DNA from: Candidatus Woesearchaeota archaeon CG10_big_fil_rev_8_21_14_0_10_37_12
GTDB lineage: Archaea; Nanobdellota; Nanobdellia; Woesearchaeales; ARS49
Direction of reading: 5' to 3'
DNA: 64,000 nucleotides
Assembly (NCBI GenBank): GCA_002762795.1
Contig: PCYA01000017.1
Coordinates: 801 to 64,800 of the forward strand
This document shows positions 47,652 through 57,281 of this stretch, in pieces. Made by a program: the position numbers and the translations under genes. The number at the start of each line of letters is the position of its first letter. Within the stretch, counting starts at the first letter, position 1. The notes beneath the pieces are model-generated. The model ran no database searches. It was not told the origin of the DNA and saw only the letters and a list, made by a program, of their open reading frames with translations.

Positions 47652-48914
47652 ATGAACTATCAAAAACCAAAAGGTACGACTGACTTTTATCCAAAAGAAA
47701 AAGCAGTTTATGAATATTTGCGCAATACAATATCTGAAGAGTGCAAAAAATTTGGCTTTCAACAGGTGAACAGCCCAGCATTTGAAACAGTAGAGTTATT
47801 GACTGCAAAAAGCGGAGAAGAAATAAAACAACAGCTTTTCGTCATGGAAAAGCGAAGTAATGAACAATTTGCCTTACGATTCGACTTAACTGTTCCTTTA
47901 ACGCGCATGTTTGTAACAAAGCAAAAAGAATTGCCAAAACCAGTCAAATGGTTTGCAATCGAGCCAATGTGGCGCTACGAAGCTCCACAAAAAGGACGGG
48001 AAAGAGAGTTCACACAAGCAGATGTTGAGATATTTGGATCAAACACTCCAGAAACAGATGCACAAGTCATTAACTTAATTATTTCTTGCTTTGAGCGTTT
48101 TGGAATAACAAACAAAGACATTGCAGTTAAAATTAACAACAGAAAACTACTTGAAGGATTGCTGCAAGAAATTGCACCAAAAGACAAATTAGATGATGTT
48201 GTTCGCATTATAGACAAATCTGCAAAAATAAGTGAATCACAATTTGTTGAAGAATTATTGCAAATTGGCATCGATAGGCAAAAAATCGAAGTTGTCAAAA
48301 AAATAATCAAGTGCAGAGGAGAACCCAGCATTATTCAATCTATCAAACAAGAACTACCATTAAATGATCTTGCACAAGAAGGATTAGCAGAATTGGCAGC
48401 AATTTTGCCACTCATCACTCCTGGATTTGCAATCGTTGACTTAAGCGTAGCGCGAGGACTAGCATACTATACAGGCACTGTGTTTGAATTTTTTGACAAA
48501 AACGGAGAGTTCAGAGCACTAGCAGGTGGCGGAAGGTATGATAGCCTTATTGAATTATTTGGTGGAGATCCTTGCCCAGCAACAGGATTCGGGTTTGGAT
48601 TCTCAACACTTACATTATTTTTGGAATCAAAAGGAAAACTTCCAGCAATTGATTTGGGCCCTGAATATTATGTAGCACCAGTTAATGAACAACTATTGAC
48701 TAAATCACTTGAGATAACAGAAAAACTGCGTGAAAAGACATCAGCAGACGTTGATTTAATGCGCAGAAGCCTATCAAAACAAATAGAATACGCAAATAGT
48801 ATTGGAGCAAAAAAAATTGTTATAGTTGGCGAAAAAGACCTCAAAGAAGGAAAAGTAACAGTTCGAGACTTGCAAAGTGGGAAAGAAGATAAAGTTGAGG
48901 TTGATGAATTATGA
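47652..48914 (+). CDS. hisS: histidyl-tRNA synthetase
   Basis: Class II motifs, RFDLTVPLTRMF, GGGRYDSLIELFGG, C-terminal anticodon-binding domain; SD aaggag and a TATA-like tract upstream. Confidence 0.9.
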   Translation: MNYQKPKGTTDFYPKEKAVYEYLRNTISEECKKFGFQQVNSPAFETVELLTAKSGEEIKQQLFVMEKRSNEQFALRFDLTVPLTRMFVTKQKELPKPVKWFAIEPMWRYEAPQKGREREFTQADVEIFGSNTPETDAQVINLIISCFERFGITNKDIAVKINNRKLLEGLLQEIAPKDKLDDVVRIIDKSAKISESQFVEELLQIGIDRQKIEVVKKIIKCRGEPSIIQSIKQELPLNDLAQEGLAELAAILPLITPGFAIVDLSVARGLAYYTGTVFEFFDKNGEFRALAGGGRYDSLIELFGGDPCPATGFGFGFSTLTLFLESKGKLPAIDLGPEYYVAPVNEQLLTKSLEITEKLREKTSADVDLMRRSLSKQIEYANSIGAKKIVIVGEKDLKEGKVTVRDLQSGKEDKVEVDEL

Positions 48915-49544
48915 TCTTGGATCAAGTCCTGTTTTATCACTATGACTTGTTAAATAAACCTCTAACTCGTCTAGAAAACCAGCTTTTACTTCAGAATAAC
49001 ATTTACTGATATAAGGCTCTAAACAGGTTTCTCTCACAAGCTCTTCAAGAATCTCACGCTCTCGTATCATAGACTCTTCAAACTGATCATCTGCCTCGTC
49101 AATCAATGCACGTGCAGTAAAATATCTTTCGATAGGAGACCCACCAAACATTGGCTCTTTAGGATCACCGTCTAAATTTAACGTTTCTACAAAGGCATCT
49201 CTCTCAGCTAATGCATCAATCGCATCACCAGTTGCAGCCAAACCAGCACTTTTTGCTTCATCATATGCTTTGTTTCCTTTTGCTTCAAATAGACTCGTTA
49301 CGTAAATATAGCCGTCCTGCGAAACTGACATAGCAAAATGATATTGTTCAGCAAAACTAAATACCTCGAATTCAAGACCTATCAGAGTTTCTGTCAAGGT
49401 AAACCTTGCTCGATCATTCTCAGCATATACTGCTTTAATATCAGAGTCGTCATCAAATGTAATATCTTCAGCAAATACAAGACTATATACTTCTAATCTT
49501 GCTTGTAAATCAACCTGCGCTTCTTTATATGCATCCATGCACAA
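48909..49544 (-). CDS. hypothetical acidic protein
   Basis: 211 aa, no motif. Confidence 0.4.
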   Translation of the reverse strand: MCMDAYKEAQVDLQARLEVYSLVFAEDITFDDDSDIKAVYAENDRARFTLTETLIGLEFEVFSFAEQYHFAMSVSQDGYIYVTSLFEAKGNKAYDEAKSAGLAATGDAIDALAERDAFVETLNLDGDPKEPMFGGSPIERYFTARALIDEADDQFEESMIREREILEELVRETCLEPYISKCYSEVKAGFLDELEVYLTSHSDKTGLDPRS

Positions 49545-49608
49545 GTTCTTTTAAATTTATTATAAAAAAGTATCTTTGAATTTTTTAGTCAAAAAGGAGC
49601 TGTTAACT

Positions 49609-49923
49609 TTAAGAATACTTCCACTTAACACCAATCTGAACAATACTAATCACCAATGCAACAATATTGCACAATACAACTGGAATTGCAGCGATAAGAA
49701 AGCCATAAATTGCCCACAGCAAACAATTAAATAAATATAACGTAAGCATAAGCCAAGACAAATCTTGCACACTCTTTGTTCTTATTGACTTAATCACTTG
49801 AGGCAACATTAAGGCAGTGCCAATTATTGCAGCAAGATATCCTATTACGTTTATTATTGCAAAGTTCGCAAGAACTTTGTAGATGGGTTTAATACAAGGA
49901 AAAGCAGAGCTTTTCCTGTACAC
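49609..49923 (-). CDS. SemiSWEET/PQ-loop family small transporter
   Basis: 104 aa, 3 TM helices, LMLPQVIKSIRTKSVQDLS PQ-loop motif; GTG start. Confidence 0.55.
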   Translation of the reverse strand: MYRKSSAFPCIKPIYKVLANFAIINVIGYLAAIIGTALMLPQVIKSIRTKSVQDLSWLMLTLYLFNCLLWAIYGFLIAAIPVVLCNIVALVISIVQIGVKWKYS

Positions 49924-49975
49924 AAAAATCTTTGATTTTTGTTGTACCCCGCCCTTTAGGGCGAACTTTGCAAGT

Positions 49976-50035
49976 AGAAAAACGCACGATAAAATACCCC
50001 GACCTTCAGGTCGGGGAATAGTGCGTTTTTCTTTA
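49976..50035. repeat. GC-hairpin plus T-tract element copy 2 (AAAAACGCAC...CCCCGACCTTCAGGTCGGGG...GTGCGTTTTT), likely bidirectional terminator between ftsZ and the SemiSWEET gene
   Basis: Nested perfect stems CCCCGACC/GGTCGGGG and AAAAACGCAC/GTGCGTTTTT flanked by T-runs on both strands; a second hairpin CCCCGCCCTTTAGGGCG at 49947-49963. Confidence 0.5.
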
Positions 50036-50110
50036 TAATTGCATTCATTGTTTACCTGAAAAAAGGATATTCACAAAATTAAAAATAGTTAATAAAAAAG
50101 AAAATAAAAA

Positions 50111-51175
50111 TTACAGCATTTCAATGCCAAGATCTCTGTTTAATGCTTGTCTTTGAGGACTTCCTTGTTTTCCGCTTTGTTTGCCAAGAAGCCAGGGTGA
50201 GTTAACTCCTGTTATAATGGTCATCACCATAAGTTTTCCTTTCATGTCATCAGAGACTCGTGCTCCCCAGATTACATTTGCATCTTCGTCCATTGTTTCA
50301 GTAACAAGTTGACCAACTTGGCTGATTTCTTCTAATGTTAAGTCAGGACCGCCTGAAACATGAATTAATGCTCCAGTTGCACCGTGGTAATTGATATCTA
50401 ACAAGGGGTTTGCTAATGCGCCTTTAACTGCTTCTTCGACTTTGTTGTTAGTGTCAGAACTTCCAACACCAATAGCTGCAACACCACCGTTTGTCATAAT
50501 TGCTTTAACATCAGCATAGTCTAAGTTGACTAATGATGGTACTGCGATTGTTTCAACAATGCCTTTGATCATTGTGCTTACTAATTCGTTTGCAACTGCA
50601 AACGCTTGCTGTACTGGCAAATTGCCTGCTATTTGCACTAAACGGTTATTGTCAATTACTACGACAGTGTCGCAAACTTGTCTTAATTGTTGCAAGCCAA
50701 ATTCTGCTTTGTCAATTCTTGCGCGTTCAATGTTGAATGGCATTGTTACTGTGCCAATAACAATTGAACCCATTTCTTTTGCAACACTTGCAACAACAGG
50801 TGCTGCACCTGTGCCAGTACCGCCGCCCATTCCTGCACAGACGAAAATCATGTCAGATCCTCTTAATGATTCTTTGATTTGCATCAAAGATTCCTGAGCA
50901 GCTTCTGCACCTTTTTGTGGAAAACCGCCGCAGCCAAGACCGCGAGTTAAATCACGACCTATCATGAACTTTTTATCACCTTCAGAAATATCAACGTGCT
51001 GTTTATCTGTATTGCACACAATTACTTCTGCACCTTTCACGCCTTTTTTGTACAGCCAGGAAACCATATTGTTTCCAGCGCCGCCAACGCCTACTACTTT
51101 AATGTTTGCCTGACCGAAGTCAGCTTCTTGTGTTGTTGTTTCTTGTGCTAAAGCACTTTTTACTAGGAATTCCAT
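50111..51175 (-). CDS. ftsZ: cell division GTPase FtsZ
   Basis: GVGGAGNN, tubulin signature AGMGGGTGTGAAPVVA, T7 loop NVDFAD-like; SD aggagg upstream. Confidence 0.95.
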   Translation of the reverse strand: MEFLVKSALAQETTTQEADFGQANIKVVGVGGAGNNMVSWLYKKGVKGAEVIVCNTDKQHVDISEGDKKFMIGRDLTRGLGCGGFPQKGAEAAQESLMQIKESLRGSDMIFVCAGMGGGTGTGAAPVVASVAKEMGSIVIGTVTMPFNIERARIDKAEFGLQQLRQVCDTVVVIDNNRLVQIAGNLPVQQAFAVANELVSTMIKGIVETIAVPSLVNLDYADVKAIMTNGGVAAIGVGSSDTNNKVEEAVKGALANPLLDINYHGATGALIHVSGGPDLTLEEISQVGQLVTETMDEDANVIWGARVSDDMKGKLMVMTIITGVNSPWLLGKQSGKQGSPQRQALNRDLGIEML

Positions 51176-51440
51176 CTTTGCAGCCTCCTCTTTTATTTAC
51201 GGGATCACTCCCTGTAAGCATAAAAGGCTCTCCATGTTTGTGGGTTTGGGGGGTGGATATGGGGAAAGAAACAGTGGAGAGCCCATTTTGAGCATGAAAT
51301 GAGACGCTGATTCAGTGTCTCGGAATATATTACCTCTCTTTCCCTTTTTTCATATGTCGGAATGTCACTCGTCGGCATTCCGAGCATGATCAAGCCAAGA
51401 AAATGCAAAGCATTTTCTGGCCCAGAAAATCCTCTGGATT

Positions 51441-51533
51441 TTCTTGGGAACCGCTGGTCATTTTTTCTTATGATTTTCTGACCAGACACTGGTGTTGAGC
51501 ACCGCATTGCGATCACCAGTGGTTCTTGACATG
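51441..51533 (+). repeat. MITE-like element copy C
   Basis: Inverted repeats cttgggaaccgctggtc and gatcaccagtggttcttgacat; right half ...cactggtgttgagcacc..gcgatcaccagtggttcttgacat near-identical to copy B; hairpins 51330-51440 precede it. Confidence 0.6.
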
Positions 51534-51682
51534 TGACAACCAGTTGCCTAATGTACTAATTGTCACAATTGTGTATACTGGTAGCTAAGCTAGTATTTAA
51601 AGGTTGCGATTCAGCACAAAATTAATATACGAGTACACTATAAGGCTATACTGGGGTGTGTATAGACTAAATCAGGTGTGCA

Positions 51683-52078
51683 ATGGTAATACTATATGAT
51701 AGATATAATTTGCCTGAAGATGTGTACGAGATTATTTTCTCGACGAGTCAACAGATTATTGTAGCAAAAGAACTCATCAAATACATGGCGAAGAAAAAAG
51801 GAGAAATTAGCAAAACAGAGATGAGTGACTTTGCAACAAGGCTGCATGACGGCAATTATGAATGTGTTCTAGATGAGCCACCCTATAAGGGAAAACGGGT
51901 AAAGCTTTCTTACAACAAACGGCAGTTTTATGACAGAATATTAACTCCTATGAAAGCCATGGGACTTATCGACTACGATCTATATAAAAAAACATATAAA
52001 TTGTCAGCGAAATTTGCGTTAGAAATGGTTCAAATAGGCGAAAAGTGGAAAAAAGAACTACAAAAGTTCAATTTATGA
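51683..52078 (+). CDS. hypothetical protein (possible wHTH)
   Basis: 131 aa. Confidence 0.4.
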   Translation: MVILYDRYNLPEDVYEIIFSTSQQIIVAKELIKYMAKKKGEISKTEMSDFATRLHDGNYECVLDEPPYKGKRVKLSYNKRQFYDRILTPMKAMGLIDYDLYKKTYKLSAKFALEMVQIGEKWKKELQKFNL

Positions 52079-52147
52079 GTCGAAAACTCTTAATTTTAGT
52101 ATTTTATTCTAAAAGGATTTATATGTTTTCCAATTTTAAATTTACTT

Positions 52148-53566
52148 GTGGGTGGTGACATGAAAAAGCTAGTGGACAAACTTTGGTTAGCAGACGACCT
52201 TGAGGAAATCAATAGATTATCGACAAGATTGTATGCAGTAGTTAGAGGAACTTCACAAGAGGCTCTTGCACATTGGCAATCGCGGGAAGCAATCGGTAGA
52301 TTTGTGATGAGCAGAGCAAAAACAAAAGATGCACAATTCGAAACCAGACTCGATGATCTGCTCGGGCAAGACAAACAAACTAGAAACAACTACATTACTA
52401 ATCTTTTAGAACAGTTAGAACAAGACGAACCAGACATATGCCCGCTATTGGTTCTTCACAATGTAGATAACAATGATATTTTTGCAGGCGCACTACGAGA
52501 TGAAGTATATGCTGTTGCAAACGAACTTCAAGATGTTATACTCACACACAGCATTGCACACAAATACGAAGGTAAAGCAAACATAACACTTGACCCAGAC
52601 CTGGAAACAGTAACGGGAAACACACCAAATATAGACAGAGTATTGCGCCTTCTTAACGAAACTCGATTCTTAGACAATTGGCTACTTGAATACGCAGTTC
52701 TACTTACTGGAGCAGAAGATGCACTCACAAAACTTGAACAATTAGGACTTGAAAGCAACAGACCACAAGAACTCCTCAGACAAGACTACGGAACAATCGG
52801 AGCATTAGCATATGCAGCAGTAAACACAATCCTTGATGAGTATGAAGCAGGCAGAGCAGAAGACTTGGTAGCAGAAGACACTGAAACAGGATTCATGGCA
52901 TTATACTCAGTTGCACTACATTACTTACGACGTGCAAACGCAACAAAATATGAAACAGAACTTACAGATAGATTAGCAACACATGAGTTTCCTATACAAA
53001 TACCAGAGGAAAGACAAGAACAAAGCAGGATAGATCTTTACGACAAACGATTACAAAGAACATTTGACGCGTTACCTGTTGAAAAAAGACTTGAGTTATT
53101 ATATGAACAAGCACAAGCAGCAGCAGAACAAGCAGGAGACAGAAGATACCACCAAACAAAAATGGCCTTTGTAGACTTTGCGGAAAAATATCAATTGGAA
53201 CGTTGTATGGGAGAATCAGATGTTATTGATGCGGTAACTGAGCTGGATGTTTTACGAGTTCATTCATTGATGCATAGAGTTAAGGAAGCACAATCAGAAG
53301 ATGACTGTACTGATTATTTCATAGGAGACATTCAAGCAGGAACAGAAAAAGCTCTTGATGAGTTTGGTTCAGTTCATACAGAAAGAAAGCTGTACGACCA
53401 AGCAAAAATCACAGCACAATTTGGAGGAAAAAATAGATACTTAGAACTAGCAATGACTTATGCAGTCCTTGTAAGAAACTATGGCAAAGAATTAGAAATG
53501 ACAGAACGTGATCTTGCAGAAAAACTTCAAGAACTTGCAGCACTACGACAAAGTGCAATGAATTAA
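52148..53566 (+). CDS. hypothetical acidic helical protein
   Basis: 472 aa, no motif. Confidence 0.4.
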   Translation: MGGDMKKLVDKLWLADDLEEINRLSTRLYAVVRGTSQEALAHWQSREAIGRFVMSRAKTKDAQFETRLDDLLGQDKQTRNNYITNLLEQLEQDEPDICPLLVLHNVDNNDIFAGALRDEVYAVANELQDVILTHSIAHKYEGKANITLDPDLETVTGNTPNIDRVLRLLNETRFLDNWLLEYAVLLTGAEDALTKLEQLGLESNRPQELLRQDYGTIGALAYAAVNTILDEYEAGRAEDLVAEDTETGFMALYSVALHYLRRANATKYETELTDRLATHEFPIQIPEERQEQSRIDLYDKRLQRTFDALPVEKRLELLYEQAQAAAEQAGDRRYHQTKMAFVDFAEKYQLERCMGESDVIDAVTELDVLRVHSLMHRVKEAQSEDDCTDYFIGDIQAGTEKALDEFGSVHTERKLYDQAKITAQFGGKNRYLELAMTYAVLVRNYGKELEMTERDLAEKLQELAALRQSAMN

Positions 53567-53820
53567 CGAGTTCTTTTTGGCTCAGGACGCTTATGTGCGT
53601 GCGTCAAACCGTAAATAGCAATCGCAACCCACGCAGCATTCAGAAGCAATGCAGGATATGATGTTCTTATCCATCCTTCAAACACTAACGCAGCAGCACC
53701 AATTAAGTTCAATCCAAGATACGTTTTTGAATGCGAATGAATGACTTTATGGGTTAATAACCAGAACGCTAACAAAATCAAAAATGCTCCCAGCCAGCCG
53801 ATAAGATCTATTGGATTCAT
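53563..53820 (-). CDS. small membrane protein
   Basis: 85 aa, 2-3 TM helices. Confidence 0.35.
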   Translation of the reverse strand: MNPIDLIGWLGAFLILLAFWLLTHKVIHSHSKTYLGLNLIGAAALVFEGWIRTSYPALLLNAAWVAIAIYGLTHAHKRPEPKRTR

Positions 53821-53929
53821 AAAACCTCTTTAAGTAACAAGTAGGTAGTAAGTGGTTTTAAATGTTGTTCTTTCTGCAAAAGTTTTGAAAATAAAAACAT
53901 TTAAATAATTGAATAATGTAAATGTTTGT

Positions 53930-54169
53930 ATGGTGACAATAACTGTGAATGTGGATGATGAAACAGATGCTAGATTTAGAGAAACCGTAAAAGAAAAACT
54001 TGGAACTGGAAAAGGAACTCTCGGAACTGCAATAGCAGAGGCACTCAACAACTGGGTAAATGAAAAACAGGAAGAAGAAATAACCAAAAGACAGTTGTAT
54101 TTGCTGCATAAATCTCGAAAACTAGTGAAATATGTTTTCAACAGAGAGGATGCATATGGCCGATACTAA
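53930..54169 (+). CDS. VapB-like antitoxin
   Basis: ~80 aa directly upstream of, and overlapping, the PIN gene; TATA tttaaata 25 bp upstream of ATG 53930; ORF track start 53909 is TTG. Confidence 0.45.
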   Translation: MVTITVNVDDETDARFRETVKEKLGTGKGTLGTAIAEALNNWVNEKQEEEITKRQLYLLHKSRKLVKYVFNREDAYGRY

Positions 54170-54599
54170 CAGACAAATTTTTTTTATTGACACGAACATT
54201 TTAGTTTATGCATACAACAAAACCGATACTCGAAAACAAGCCGTTGCGATTAAGCTATTAGAGCGTTGCTGGCAAAAACAAGCAGCATACGCGCTCTCTT
54301 CTCAAAATCTTGCTGAGTTTTTTAATGTTTCAATATACAAAATACGTGAATCCTTATCCATTGATGAGGCTGAAAAAATAATAAAAGACATTTGCACATT
54401 CTCTCATTGGAGCATTTTCAATTACGATCACGAGACTGTTCAACACGCTATAGGCTTATGCAAAAGCAAAAATACTCACTTTTGGGATGCAGTACTTGCA
54501 GCAACCATGCTTGAAACAGGCGTTCTACATATTTACACAGAAAATGTGAAAGATTTTAGCAAATTTGATGGGATAACTGCAGTGAATCCGTTTGAGTAA
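54156..54599 (+). CDS. vapC: PIN-domain ribonuclease (VapC toxin)
   Basis: IFFIDTNILVYAY (first acidic residue), central E, HFWDAVLAATML, C-terminal D; start trimmed to ATG 54156, overlapping vapB by 14 nt. Confidence 0.8.
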   Translation: MADTNRQIFFIDTNILVYAYNKTDTRKQAVAIKLLERCWQKQAAYALSSQNLAEFFNVSIYKIRESLSIDEAEKIIKDICTFSHWSIFNYDHETVQHAIGLCKSKNTHFWDAVLAATMLETGVLHIYTENVKDFSKFDGITAVNPFE

Positions 54600-54751
54600 G
54601 TTTTATCTGATTAAACAAAAATAACACATTTATTTTATTGATCTTTAAACTGACTTAATTTGCATCTAAAAGTTCTTCAATTTCCTTTAATTTCTCCGTG
54701 GTCAATTAATAAATCACCATCTTTATTAACTCTCTGTTTTTCTGTTACTTT

Positions 54752-55306
54752 ATGATTACTAAAAAACAGAGGATTCTTTTGTGGGGGAGTACTCTTTGGT
54801 ATTTAGGGGAAGGGATGCTCGGACCTTTGTTTGCAGTGTTTGCCCAGCGAATAGGAGGAGACCTTCTGGAGATAACTTGGGGATGGGCAACGTATCTTTT
54901 TGTAATGGGAGTCCTCACAATAATTTTTGGACATTATTCTGATAAATTAGATCAGAAGAAAGTAATGCTTTTTGGTTATGGTCTTAACGCGCTGTTTACT
55001 TTCGCCTACGTTTTTATTTCCACACCAACACATTTATTCATGGTACAAGCAGGATTAGGATTTGCAACAGCATTATCTACGCCAACATGGAGTGCGCTTT
55101 ATGCAAAATATGCAGCAAAAAATAAACATGGTGCAGCATGGGGGCTTGCAAACGGATTGCCAGATGTCATAACTGCAATCGCAGTAATCATCGGAGGACT
55201 TATTGTACAGTATTTTTCGTTTACTCTTCTGTTTCTTATTATGGGGAGCATACAAATAATAGCAACAATTTATCAGGCAGAAATACTTTATGGAGATAAT
55301 AAATAA
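54752..55306 (+). CDS. MFS-like 6-TM half-transporter, possibly a truncated gene
   Basis: 184 aa with 6 TM helices resembling one MFS half; no partner half upstream. Confidence 0.4.
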   Translation: MITKKQRILLWGSTLWYLGEGMLGPLFAVFAQRIGGDLLEITWGWATYLFVMGVLTIIFGHYSDKLDQKKVMLFGYGLNALFTFAYVFISTPTHLFMVQAGLGFATALSTPTWSALYAKYAAKNKHGAAWGLANGLPDVITAIAVIIGGLIVQYFSFTLLFLIMGSIQIIATIYQAEILYGDNK

Positions 55307-55324
55307 GTATTCTATAAAACACCA

Positions 55325-56797
55325 ATGTTTTTAAATCACACATTCTATTCACATATTATGTCGAAAGAATCTTCAAAAAAAGAAGAACAAGGAATAACAG
55401 TCAAAAAATCAGAAAACATATCTGAATGGTACACGCAAGTAATTCAAAAAGCAGAACTTCTTGAGTACACAGATGTAAGTGGTTGTATGATTTACCGCCC
55501 AAGAGCATATGCAATCTGGGAAAAAATACAACAATTTTTGGATGGAGAAATCAAGAAATTAGGCGTGCAAAACTCTTACTTTCCAATATTTATTCCAGAA
55601 AAATTATTGACAAAAGAAAAAGAACACGTTGAAGGATTTGCGCCAGAAGTCGCATGGGTGACTCATGGAGGAAATTCAAAACTAAATGAACGCCTTGCAG
55701 TCAGACCGACAAGTGAAACAATAATGTATGATGCGTACGCAAAATGGATAAGAAGCCACAGAGATCTGCCGCTCAAATTAAACCAGTGGAACAATGTAGT
55801 AAGGTGGGAATTCAAGCATCCGACTCCCTTCCTTCGAGGAAGAGAATTTCTTTGGCAAGAAGGCCACACAGCATTTGCAGCAAAACAAGAAGCAGACAAA
55901 GAGGTGCTTGACATTCTTGAACTTTACAGACAAGTTTTCGAGGATTATTTGGCAGTTCCAGTTATTTTAGGCAAAAAAACAGAGGAAGAAAAATTTGCAG
56001 GAGCAGATTATTCAATGAGTGCAGAAACTTTAACGCCAAGCGGTAAAGCAGTGCAGGCATGTACGAGCCACCATCTTGGACAACGATTTGCAAAAAGTTT
56101 CGACATAGAATTTCTTGACGAAAAAGGCAACAAAGCATACCCTTATCAAAACAGTTGGGGAATCTCCACCAGATCGATAGGAGCAATGATTATCTATCAC
56201 GGAGACGACAAAGGTTTAGTGCTTCCTCCAAAAGTCGCACCATTACAAGTAGTAATCGTGCCGATATTGTTTGATGATTCAAAGAAAAAAGTTTTAGAAG
56301 AGTCCGCTAAACTTGTAAAACAATTTGAAAAAGCAGGAATCAGCGTTAAACTTGACAATAGAGAAGGCTATACAGCAGGATGGAAATTCAATGAGTGGGA
56401 ACTAAAAGGCGTTTGCATTAGAATAGAGCTTGGACCTAAAGATTTAGAGAAAAAACAAGCAATTGTTGTACGAAGAGACAACAACAAAAAAGAAGCAGTA
56501 AAACTTGACGACATAGTCAAATTTGCTTCAAAAGAACTTGAACAAATGCAAAAAGATATGTTTGAAAAAGCAAAAAAATGGATGTCCGAAAATACAGTGC
56601 ATGTCGGAACTGTTGAGAAACTAATTGAAGCAGTGAACCAACACAAAATGGCAGTTATTGAATGGGACAAAGCAAAAAATCGTATTGACGAAATTAAGGA
56701 GAAAGCAGCAGGCAAATGTTTGAATCTGCCGTTTAAAGAATATTTCATGATTGATAAAGAAGACAAAGAATACGCAATATTTGCGAAGAGTTATTGA
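55325..56797 (+). CDS. proS: prolyl-tRNA synthetase (archaeal/eukaryotic type)
   Basis: Class II motifs 1-3, C-terminal zinc-binding-like domain; probable true start ATG 55358, 22 bp after TATA gtttttaaat. Confidence 0.9.
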   Translation: MFLNHTFYSHIMSKESSKKEEQGITVKKSENISEWYTQVIQKAELLEYTDVSGCMIYRPRAYAIWEKIQQFLDGEIKKLGVQNSYFPIFIPEKLLTKEKEHVEGFAPEVAWVTHGGNSKLNERLAVRPTSETIMYDAYAKWIRSHRDLPLKLNQWNNVVRWEFKHPTPFLRGREFLWQEGHTAFAAKQEADKEVLDILELYRQVFEDYLAVPVILGKKTEEEKFAGADYSMSAETLTPSGKAVQACTSHHLGQRFAKSFDIEFLDEKGNKAYPYQNSWGISTRSIGAMIIYHGDDKGLVLPPKVAPLQVVIVPILFDDSKKKVLEESAKLVKQFEKAGISVKLDNREGYTAGWKFNEWELKGVCIRIELGPKDLEKKQAIVVRRDNNKKEAVKLDDIVKFASKELEQMQKDMFEKAKKWMSENTVHVGTVEKLIEAVNQHKMAVIEWDKAKNRIDEIKEKAAGKCLNLPFKEYFMIDKEDKEYAIFAKSY

Positions 56798-57046
56798 AGG
56801 CGGTGTAAAATTCAAGACAATAAAATGTATAAAATTTGAGATAATGCGGATAAAAATAACATATAAAATCCCCAGTAATAATCTATCTTTTGTTTGATTA
56901 AACTATCTTTTAAAAAAGAATTTCCACCAAACATGGTTGAGGTCTCTAAAACAATTTGATATTTTGTTTTAAATGCCCCTTTAACTAGGAAAAATGCGGA
57001 AGCTAAACTAAAAACAAAACTTATTCATTGCAAATTTTTAATTCCA

Positions 57047-57277
57047 TCAGAGAGGCTTCAGCAATGGTATGTTTGTGTATTTCGTCATCATATATGTTGC
57101 TGTAAAGATCAAAAGCATAATAACAGCTATCTTAACCAATTGATTGTTTTGCAGTTTTTCAACAAGTTTAACATCTCCTTGAAGATTCAATCTTTCACAT
57201 TCACTTTTGTGGTAACGCCTTTCTTTGCCAAGATTTTCCTTAATCCAATAAATAAATGAATAGGGTTTGCAACTCAT
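57047..57277 (-). CDS. hypothetical small protein
   Basis: 76 aa. Confidence 0.3.
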   Translation of the reverse strand: MSCKPYSFIYWIKENLGKERRYHKSECERLNLQGDVKLVEKLQNNQLVKIAVIMLLIFTATYMMTKYTNIPLLKPL

Positions 57278-57281
57278 ATTT

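Noticed and set aside
51205-51516. 103-aa ORF across the ftsZ upstream region and MITE copy C
   Set aside because: Runs through hairpins and the G-run element; no SD or TATA; the region is better explained as regulatory or repeat DNA.
3898-51533. Possibility that the recurring inverted repeats form a CRISPR array
   Set aside because: Copies are tens of kb apart, not regularly spaced, and not direct repeats with unique spacers; no cas genes.
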